Shown here: piece after piece, positions 24,324 to 31,515 of the stretch
Layout: each line of letters begins with the position of its first letter
Position numbering within the stretch: position 1 is the first letter of the stretch
DNA from: Candidatus Nanoarchaeia archaeon
GTDB lineage: Archaea; Nanobdellota; Nanobdellia; Woesearchaeales; JANQNC01
DNA length: 32,000 nucleotides
Reading direction: 5' to 3'
Assembly: GCA_028279745.1 (NCBI GenBank)
Contig: JANQNC010000001.1
Location: 780,001-812,000, forward strand
Notes under the pieces: generated by a model
What the model was told of the DNA's origin: nothing
The model's input: only the letters and a program-made list of their open reading frames with translations
Database searches by the model: none
Translations under genes and position numbers: made by a program

Positions 24324-25613
24324 TCAACTCTCTTTCTTTCGATACTCCAAAGCAGGCACTTTTTCACTAAACCCTTTACACTCAACAGGATCTATTTTTG
24401 AGAATTTATCAAGATACTTGGGGGACGCACCTTCTTTCTCAACCTCATCTTTATATTTTTCCATCAATCCTTCACTGATTAGGATACAGTTTGCGTTTGC
24501 ATTTGAACAAAGCCTTGAAGCTAAGTTAACACTCTTACCCATAACTGTATATTCTGATTTTCCGGGCGAGTCTGATAAGAATAATTCGTCGGTAGGTTGT
24601 CCTAAGAAACCTACGGCGGGGGTCCCGTAAGATATTCCTATGCTCATGTCTGGAAGAACCTTACCTTCAGCCTTTAGTTCCTCTTGATATTTGTTGTGGG
24701 CATCTATAATTTCAAATGCGGAATCAATTATTCTGTAAGCTAGACTTGTCTTGTTTAAAGGAGGGCCAGAGAAGGCCATTATACAGTCTCCTGGTTTTTT
24801 GTCAATAACAACTCCTTTTTCAGTTAATATGCTTTGAAGACGGTTATAATCTTCGTTTAAAATGTTAAAAACATCTTCGGGGTTTTGATCTTCACTCCAA
24901 CCAGTAAAATTTATCAGATCTCCAAACAAGATGCCTGCTTTTTCTTTTCTAGCTTTTCTACTGTAACCATCTGATTGAACATATTCTGCAATAAGCGGAC
25001 CCGAAATGCTGTTCAATTTTTTTCTAAGTTCTTCTTCAGGTTTTTCTTTAACTATGAGTCTGTAAGCTTCTTCAACACCCTTGAAAACTTCAAATTCAAC
25101 AGTGTATTTTGTTATGGGGTGCGAGTAGATTCTAGCAACTCTTTGTTCTCCATCATCTATTCTATTGCATAAATTATCTAGAATATTTTTAACATCTGGT
25201 TTATCCTGTAGATACCCTGCAATTGCAAAATTCATATTTTTCTTAGCATCGAGCTGCAGAAGTTTTCTTGTTGATTGGTCTCTACCTTCAAAGTCAAAGT
25301 TTAACCTTCTATCTTTTGTGATTGTTATTCTATCTTCAGCTTTGTTGCTGTCAGATTTAGAAAGTTGATATTTTAACCCATCGATTGTATCTGTATTCCA
25401 AGAGTTATAATCGTAGTAAACACCTAGTCCAAAGCCTAAACTTGCGGCTATAAAATCCCAAGCGTTAAATCTGCCATTCGTTAAAGGATCTAATGCAAAG
25501 TTTAATCCTGCACCTAGAAGTGAAATTAATTTTCCTTTATTGTGGCCTAAGGCTTCTGAAATCTTTTTCCCCATACTGTGTTCCCCCGCAACCACCAATA
25601 CGTTACTACTCAT
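24324..25613 (-). CDS. class III nucleotidyl (adenylate/guanylate) cyclase with an unknown N-terminal domain of about 220 aa
   Basis: Catalytic-domain landmarks are present: metal Asp in GILFGDLINFTGW and KKPGDCIMAFSG, and Asn/Arg in TVMGKSVNLASRL. First gene of the minus-strand operon. Palindromic TTTATAAA TATA elements lie upstream (25627-25634 and 25649-25656). Confidence 0.8.
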   Translation of the reverse strand: MSSNVLVVAGEHSMGKKISEALGHNKGKLISLLGAGLNFALDPLTNGRFNAWDFIAASLGFGLGVYYDYNSWNTDTIDGLKYQLSKSDSNKAEDRITITKDRRLNFDFEGRDQSTRKLLQLDAKKNMNFAIAGYLQDKPDVKNILDNLCNRIDDGEQRVARIYSHPITKYTVEFEVFKGVEEAYRLIVKEKPEEELRKKLNSISGPLIAEYVQSDGYSRKARKEKAGILFGDLINFTGWSEDQNPEDVFNILNEDYNRLQSILTEKGVVIDKKPGDCIMAFSGPPLNKTSLAYRIIDSAFEIIDAHNKYQEELKAEGKVLPDMSIGISYGTPAVGFLGQPTDELFLSDSPGKSEYTVMGKSVNLASRLCSNANANCILISEGLMEKYKDEVEKEGASPKYLDKFSKIDPVECKGFSEKVPALEYRKKES

Positions 25614-25623
25614 AAATGAGAAA

Positions 25624-25658
25624 TTATTTATAAATGTTTTGGTTTTTATTTATAAATG
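25624..25658. promoter_or_regulatory. divergent promoter region with a 13-nt direct repeat, TTATTTATAAATG, present twice
   Basis: Identical 13-mers occur at 25624-25636 and 25646-25658, each holding the palindromic TATA box TTTATAAA. The region lies between the cyclase operon (ATG 25613, minus) and leuS (plus). Confidence 0.4.
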
Positions 25659-25670
25659 AGCCTCAAAAGC

Positions 25671-25678
25671 TTTAAATA
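25671..25678 (+). promoter_or_regulatory. TATA box for a leaderless leuS transcript
   Basis: TTTAAATA ends 26 nt upstream of ATG 25704. Confidence 0.4.
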
Positions 25679-25703
25679 TCAAGTTATAAAGGCTGATACT
25701 AGA

Positions 25704-28349
25704 ATGGCTGGATTTTTAGAAATACAAGACAAATGGCAGAAGAAATGGGATGAAGCTAAAGTATTTGAGGTAGAAGAAGACACACAGAAATCAGAGATTT
25801 CTGGTGCCGATAAAAGCGGTTCAAACAAAGAGAAGTTCTATGTCTTAGAGATGTTCCCATACCCATCCGGGGAAGGATTGCATCTGGGGCATGCACTAAA
25901 CTACACGATAGGAGACATATCTGCAAGATTCAAAATAATGCAAGGTTTTAATGTACTGCACCCAATGGGATTTGACTCATTAGGCTTGCCTGCAGAGAAT
26001 GCAGCAATAAAAGCAGGAACACACCCAAAAGAATACACAGAAAACTCAATAAAGAATTTTGTTCTACAACAAAAGAAATTAGGGATAACTTATGATTGGA
26101 GCAGAGTTGTAAAAACTTCAGATCCTTCATACTACAAATGGGATCAGTGGATATTCCTAAAAATGTTTGAGAAAGGATTAGCGTACAAAAAATCATCACC
26201 AGTAAACTGGTGTCCTGAGTGTAATACTGTATTAGCAAACGAACAAGTACACAACGGAAAGTGCTGGAGACATACAGATACAGATGTGGAAGTAAAGAAT
26301 TTAGAACAATGGTTCTTGAAAATAACAGATTATGCAGAAGAGTTGAATGACTTCTCTAAACTAGAACAGTGGCCTGATTTGATTAAAAAATTACAGACAA
26401 ACTGGATAGGAAAAAGTTATGGGACTGAGATAGACTTTGAAATCAATGGAGAGAACTGGAGAATATTCACAACAAGGCCAGACACATTATTTGGTGTAAC
26501 ATTCATGGTTGTTTCTGCACAACATCCTAAATTGAATGAATTGGTGACTGACGATCAAAAGAAAGCTGTAGAAGACTTTGTAAAAAAGTTACACTCAGTA
26601 AGTGCAGAAGATATTGAGCAATTAGAAAAAGAGGGAGTGTTTACTGGAAGTTATGCAATCCATCCTTTAACAGGAGAAAAAGTTCCAGTATATGCAGGAA
26701 ACTTTGTTTTAGCAGAATATGGATCAGGAATGGTTATGGCTGTGCCAACACACGACCAAAGAGACTTCGAGTTCGCAAAAAAGTACAATATTCCTCTGAA
26801 AGTTGTAATCAATCCAGATAAAAAAGAACTTAATGCTGATGAGATGGAAAGAGCTTATACGGCAGACGGGGAACTGGTAAATTCGGGAGAGTTTGATGGA
26901 TTAGGAAACAGAGAAGCGATAGAAAAGATCACAGAACATTTAGAAAAAACAGGAAAAGGCAAAAAGACAACAAACTTCAGACTAAGAGACTGGTTAGTGT
27001 CAAGACAAAGATATTGGGGAACACCAATACCTGTTGTTAATTGTTCAAAATGTGGAACAGTAGCAGTTCCTGAAAAAGACTTGCCTGTGGAGTTACCGCA
27101 CGATGTAAAATTCGGGGAAGGAAACCCGTTAGAAACAAATGAAGAATTCGTAAATACAAAATGTCCAAAATGTAGTGGTGAAGGAAAAAGAGAGACAGAT
27201 ACAATGGACACATTCGTAAACTCATCATGGTACAACTTCAGATACACAGATCCAAATAACGATAAAGAGATATTCAGCAAAGATAAGGTAAATTATTGGC
27301 ATCCCATAGATCTTTACATAGGTGGAAAAGAACATGCATGTATGCACCTAATCTACATAAGGTTCTATACTAAATTCTTAAGAGATTTAGGATTATTGAA
27401 AATAGACGAACCGGCAATCAAGATGTTCAACCAAGGGATGTTACATGCTGAAGACGGCAATAAAATGTCAAAATCACTAGGGAATGTAATAAACCCATTA
27501 GACACGATAAAAGAAGTGGGTGCGGATTCACTAAGAGTATATTTAGTGTCAGTAGCAGCACCAGACTCAGACTTTAACTGGAGTACTGCAGGATTGCAAG
27601 GTTGTCATAAGTTTGTAAACAAAGCACAATACTACTTTGAGAATGTCAAAATAGGAAAATCAACAGAAAGAACAGAAAACAAAATTAACAAAGGAGTAAA
27701 AGAGATAACTGATGACATAGAAAACATGAGATTTAACCTAGCAGTTATCAAGCTGAGAGAATTATTAGATAATCTTGGTGAGGAAGAGAGTAAAGAAACA
27801 CTAGAAAAATACCTTAAGTTGTTAAGTCCTTTTTGTCCTCATATGACAGAAGAGATGTGGGAAAAAATAGGCAACAAAGAATTCTTATCAAAAGCAGAAT
27901 GGCCAGAAATTGATGAAAGTAAAATAAATCCAGAGCTAGATGCGGCAGAAGACTTACTAAAAAACACAAAAGAAGACATAAGAAGAGTGATGGAACTAGC
28001 TAAAAAAGAAAAACCAGAAAAAGTAATCTTGATAGTGGCTGATGAGTGGAAGTATGATTACATCACAAAATTAAAAGCGCTAATGGAAAAAACAAGAAAC
28101 CCTGGCGAGATACTGAAAGAACTGATGAGCGGAGACTTGAAACAATATGGGCAACAAATCTCAAAACTAACACCTAAACTAGTTAATGATCCATCAAAAA
28201 TGCCAGCATACTTATTATCACAAGATAAAGAGATAGAAACACTAAAACAGTTGGACATAGAAAACATAGAAATCATAAAGGCAAAAGACTCAAAAGAAGC
28301 AAAAGCAACACAGTCGATGCCAGGCAAGCCAACAATAATAATACAATGA
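25704..28349 (+). CDS. leuS: leucyl-tRNA synthetase
   Basis: Class I HIGH variant PYPSGEGLHLGHALNY, KMSKS (GNKMSKSLGN), editing-domain TTRPDTLFGVTF and Cys clusters WCPECNT...GKCWRH. The track start at 25656 lies inside the TATA element, so ATG 25704 (MAGFLEIQDKWQKKW) is preferred. Confidence 0.9.
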   Translation: MAGFLEIQDKWQKKWDEAKVFEVEEDTQKSEISGADKSGSNKEKFYVLEMFPYPSGEGLHLGHALNYTIGDISARFKIMQGFNVLHPMGFDSLGLPAENAAIKAGTHPKEYTENSIKNFVLQQKKLGITYDWSRVVKTSDPSYYKWDQWIFLKMFEKGLAYKKSSPVNWCPECNTVLANEQVHNGKCWRHTDTDVEVKNLEQWFLKITDYAEELNDFSKLEQWPDLIKKLQTNWIGKSYGTEIDFEINGENWRIFTTRPDTLFGVTFMVVSAQHPKLNELVTDDQKKAVEDFVKKLHSVSAEDIEQLEKEGVFTGSYAIHPLTGEKVPVYAGNFVLAEYGSGMVMAVPTHDQRDFEFAKKYNIPLKVVINPDKKELNADEMERAYTADGELVNSGEFDGLGNREAIEKITEHLEKTGKGKKTTNFRLRDWLVSRQRYWGTPIPVVNCSKCGTVAVPEKDLPVELPHDVKFGEGNPLETNEEFVNTKCPKCSGEGKRETDTMDTFVNSSWYNFRYTDPNNDKEIFSKDKVNYWHPIDLYIGGKEHACMHLIYIRFYTKFLRDLGLLKIDEPAIKMFNQGMLHAEDGNKMSKSLGNVINPLDTIKEVGADSLRVYLVSVAAPDSDFNWSTAGLQGCHKFVNKAQYYFENVKIGKSTERTENKINKGVKEITDDIENMRFNLAVIKLRELLDNLGEEESKETLEKYLKLLSPFCPHMTEEMWEKIGNKEFLSKAEWPEIDESKINPELDAAEDLLKNTKEDIRRVMELAKKEKPEKVILIVADEWKYDYITKLKALMEKTRNPGEILKELMSGDLKQYGQQISKLTPKLVNDPSKMPAYLLSQDKEIETLKQLDIENIEIIKAKDSKEAKATQSMPGKPTIIIQ

Positions 28350-28735
28350 TTGACAAGAAAATATTAAGATGGGTGCCGGCCATCTTATACGCAATACTAA
28401 TATTCTATCTATCATCATTACCGCAACCGATAGCACCAGAAAAAGTTATAGGGTTGAGTTTCGGAACATCAATAAAACATTTCATAGAATACTTTATCTT
28501 TGGAGCATTATTGCTTTTTGCACTATGGGAACATAAGAAAAGAGTTATGTGGGTAGTGATTATAGGAGTTTTATATGCAATCTCAGACGAAATACATCAG
28601 AACTTTACAGGCAGAGCTATGGAACTAAAGGATGTAATGGTAGATACAATAGGAATATTTGCAAGCTTAGTGATAGTAAAATGGAAATCAAACAAAAAGC
28701 ACAAAAAATCGAAAAAGGCCTCGAAGAAGAGGTAA
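28346..28735 (+). CDS. VanZ-like membrane protein
   Basis: ATGA overlap with the leuS stop. Four TM helices and the VanZ signature ISDEIHQNFTGRAMELKDVMVDTIGI. Confidence 0.65.
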   Translation: MIDKKILRWVPAILYAILIFYLSSLPQPIAPEKVIGLSFGTSIKHFIEYFIFGALLLFALWEHKKRVMWVVIIGVLYAISDEIHQNFTGRAMELKDVMVDTIGIFASLVIVKWKSNKKHKKSKKASKKR

Positions 28736-29136
28736 AAAGACATAAGTTCTTTTTCTTCTGGGATCCAGTAATAATATACTTTGTGTTAATCATAATAATA
28801 AGCAACTGGCCAAGGACACCAACACCAGAACTAGCAATGTTAGGATTTGTGGTTTCAGATAAAATAAAACATGTAATACTGTATTTTGGATTTAGCTTTT
28901 TATTGGGAGTTGCGTGCAGACACTCAAACTTCGTTTTGTTGAGACAAAACCACTTCTTTATCGCACTAACAGCAGCATCATTAGTTGGGATATTAGATGA
29001 AGTAAACCAACTAAGAGTAATAGGAAGACACTTTGGAGCAGATGAAATAGGATTCAACATAATGGGAAGCATATTAGGACAGGGTGTAAGGGGAATATTG
29101 AGATTACAGAAGAGTTTACTCAGACGTATTTTTTAG
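28681..29136 (+). CDS. VanZ-like membrane protein, second paralog
   Basis: The in-frame ATG at 28681 (MEIKQKAQK...) is preferred over track start 28549, whose first 44 aa are just the alternative frame of the previous gene. VSDKIKHVILYFGFSFLLG...LDEVNQLRVIGRHFGADEIGFNIMGSILG repeats the VanZ pattern. Confidence 0.55.
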   Translation: MEIKQKAQKIEKGLEEEVKRHKFFFFWDPVIIYFVLIIIISNWPRTPTPELAMLGFVVSDKIKHVILYFGFSFLLGVACRHSNFVLLRQNHFFIALTAASLVGILDEVNQLRVIGRHFGADEIGFNIMGSILGQGVRGILRLQKSLLRRIF

Positions 29137-29186
29137 AAAACATTAAAAAACACTAAATTGTTAAGTTTAGAAAAAGAGGTGGTTTA

Positions 29187-30632
29187 ATGCATAAGTTCAT
29201 GCAAAAGTATGGTGTAAAGATAGAAGAACTAATTCTAGTGTTATTGATCATACTAAACATAATGGACTTTCTAGAAAAAATACCCTCAGAGATAGACTAC
29301 ATAAAAAAAGTAATAAGCTGGACGGTACTGGCATATATGCTATATAAAGCAGATTTAACAAACATATTCTTTGGCCATTCCCACAGAACAATGGACTTAA
29401 TGTTAATACTGTCTTATTTCATGCTCATAATAAAAGACTTCACAGCATATGCTTTGGCAGAGATACAACACTCAACACTACTTAGAGAATTCTATACATT
29501 CGTAATTGTCAATGCCAGCATGATAGAAAAAATAGGGTTTTATGTTGGGGGTATAATGTTAATATTGATTGCATTCTATTACGCAGCAAGACATGAAATA
29601 AGAAAACCGAGCCTGATGCATGTAATACATGAAGAAGGAAAACCACCAAAAAATCCAATAAAACTATTAGTAAGGGGAGTAATAATATTGATGGTGTTAG
29701 TAGCATTCTTTGTAATAGTGTTTAACTTAATGATGGAATGGTTGGCAATTGCTATAGATGCGCCGATAATCATACTTGCATTATTCTTCTACATCTTCCA
29801 CGCAAAAAGATTCAATCCTGAAACTTTAATATATCAGATAGCAGAAGGGGGAGAAAAGTTTTATGAGAAATTCGTAGAGATGTTCCAATACAAAAGGTCA
29901 ATACTTATGGGTATAGTGGGGATGTTGGTATTACATATAGCAACAGACATAGGAACGTTTATCGTACCATATGTATTTGCGGTGGCAGACCCATTGTACT
30001 TTAGTCAGTTAGGAGCATCAACACACCAGCCACTGTGGGCATTATTCCAACAAAGCATACCTGGATTGACAGAACAACAGATAGCAGGGTTAGCAGCAAT
30101 GTACATATTGAATACTGCAGCACTTGTATTTCTTTTAGTAATGCCGATCTATTTCTGGTATGAGTTGTACAAAGGAAAACATATAGCATTCAAAGAACAC
30201 TGGATAGCTCTATTCGCAACAGCGGTTGTAGTGCTAATACAAAAACCAATATTTGGTTTTGGACAGATAACACAGAAAAACTTGGCAGGTGTTGATATAA
30301 CATCAAACATAATATCAATATCAGGAATGTGGCAAGTACTAAAGTTAGCAGCAATAGTTGGAATAGGTGTATTTGTACTTTCGTTCTTCTTAAGAAAATT
30401 ATTGGAAATATTGATGATGGTAGTAATACAGGGGGTATTTGGGTATTATGTATATCTTTATTTCATTAACTTAACAGGATACTTCATAGACTCAATTATA
30501 ATATTATTAGGAACACCACACAAATTTATAGCAGTATTTCTGTTCTTATTCTTCATGATGACAATAATATTCTATGTTGGGGGATTCTTTATTTTCTTAA
30601 TCTCAACAGTAAAATCATACTTTAAAATCTGA
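29187..30632 (+). CDS. polytopic integral membrane protein (481 aa, about 12 TM), unknown family
   Basis: GAGGTGG SD at 29176-29182. Long hydrophobic segments run throughout. No motif recognised. Confidence 0.6.
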   Translation: MHKFMQKYGVKIEELILVLLIILNIMDFLEKIPSEIDYIKKVISWTVLAYMLYKADLTNIFFGHSHRTMDLMLILSYFMLIIKDFTAYALAEIQHSTLLREFYTFVIVNASMIEKIGFYVGGIMLILIAFYYAARHEIRKPSLMHVIHEEGKPPKNPIKLLVRGVIILMVLVAFFVIVFNLMMEWLAIAIDAPIIILALFFYIFHAKRFNPETLIYQIAEGGEKFYEKFVEMFQYKRSILMGIVGMLVLHIATDIGTFIVPYVFAVADPLYFSQLGASTHQPLWALFQQSIPGLTEQQIAGLAAMYILNTAALVFLLVMPIYFWYELYKGKHIAFKEHWIALFATAVVVLIQKPIFGFGQITQKNLAGVDITSNIISISGMWQVLKLAAIVGIGVFVLSFFLRKLLEILMMVVIQGVFGYYVYLYFINLTGYFIDSIIILLGTPHKFIAVFLFLFFMMTIIFYVGGFFIFLISTVKSYFKI

Positions 30633-31088
30633 ATCGTCTTCTAAATCATCAAATACTTTATTTACGATGTCCCCATCATAACCACGCATCTCAAGATTAC
30701 TTCTGATACTTTCTTCAGTGTCGCCTTGAATTAATTGGTTAACTACAAAACGTTCAACAACATCCTCATCAGTCTCTTCATCAATCTCTTCTTTACTTTT
30801 AACATCTAAACTTTTACCAAACTGTGAGAAAAAAAGTAGAACAAAAATAACAAAAGGGATAACTAACAAAGGTGCAGTGATTGCAACCCTCTTATCTTGC
30901 ATAATTCCTGTAGCGTAACCTGTGATTGAATTAGTGGGGTGAGGTTCAGTGTCGTTATGATGTTCTAGTTCGTATGAAAGGTCTACTTTAGTATGAACTT
31001 CATCAAAATGCCACATCAACAAAGGCGCAGAACAGATAGGAATACTTAATATGAATAGTAATGCAAAGAGTATAATGTTTAACTTCAT
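30615..31088 (-). CDS. membrane-anchored protein with an acidic C-terminal domain
   Basis: ATG 31088 (MKLNIILFALLFILSIPICSA) is preferred because the track start at 31145 would overlap the SRP RNA 3' end. A TATA-like TTTATAAAAAA on the minus strand lies about 25-30 nt upstream. A second TM is APLLVIPFVIFVLLFF. The acidic tail is EEIDEETDEDV...DDLEDDSDFKV. Confidence 0.5.
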   Translation of the reverse strand: MKLNIILFALLFILSIPICSAPLLMWHFDEVHTKVDLSYELEHHNDTEPHPTNSITGYATGIMQDKRVAITAPLLVIPFVIFVLLFFSQFGKSLDVKSKEEIDEETDEDVVERFVVNQLIQGDTEESIRSNLEMRGYDGDIVNKVFDDLEDDSDFKV

Positions 31089-31135
31089 ACTAATTTCTTT
31101 AATTATTTTTTTTATAAACCTTTGTATAAGAAAGT

Positions 31136-31407
31136 GGACAAGCACATAAGACTCGACATACAGCTAATGCACTAGCTACCTTAGAATATCCTCAGTTCCG
31201 CTACCCTGACAGCATCAGTACAAAAAGTTAGGGCTGCTCCATTCCTGGCCTGACCCGGTTCCTTGAAGTACCGATCCGACAGGACAGAACGTCAACGTCC
31301 ATCCTAAGACCAGCACACCAAAAGCATACCTTATCTTATGCATCAACTCTGCCATGAAGCCCATTTGCAGTAACAAGGAAGGGCTACGTCCCCAGTCTAG
31401 CTTGTCC
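31136..31407 (-). ncRNA. signal recognition particle RNA (archaeal 7S, about 270 nt; ends approximate to within 10 nt)
   Basis: The minus strand carries the helix-8 signature GGGTCAGGCCAGGAATGGAGCAGCCCTAAC (plus coordinates about 31228-31257; compare archaeal GUCAGGUCCGGAAGGAAGCAGCC). The ends pair as GGACAAGC (31400-31407) with GCTTGTCC (31136-31143). No ORF is present. A TATA-like TTTTTAAAAAA lies about 25 nt upstream on the minus strand. Confidence 0.75.
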
Positions 31408-31515
31408 GAGTTCCTAGAAGAAGGCCTTTTTTAAAAATGTTATCCTTTTTCATCACCAAATGGATAAAATAAACCCCCAGAAAGGTTTATATAATTAGTA
31501 ACCACCTTTTAAGTT

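Noticed and set aside
24324-25613. Interpretation of the cyclase as a Pycsar- or CBASS-like antiphage defence cyclase
   Set aside because: No adjacent effector has a cyclic-nucleotide-binding, TIR, patatin or nuclease domain, and no typical two-gene layout is present. The gene is embedded in a sensor-kinase operon. I keep this only as an alternative to test through the nucleotide specificity of the cyclase.
25656-25703. Upstream extension of leuS (track start 25656, MSLKSFKYQVIKADTR)
   Set aside because: This ATG sits inside the palindromic TATA element. The extension has no LeuRS counterpart, and ATG 25704 is 26 nt downstream of a second TATA box.
28549-28680. Upstream extension of the second VanZ-like ORF (track start 28549)
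   Set aside because: The first 44 codons are merely the +1 frame of the first VanZ-like gene and read as non-membrane junk. The VanZ-like sequence begins after ATG 28681.
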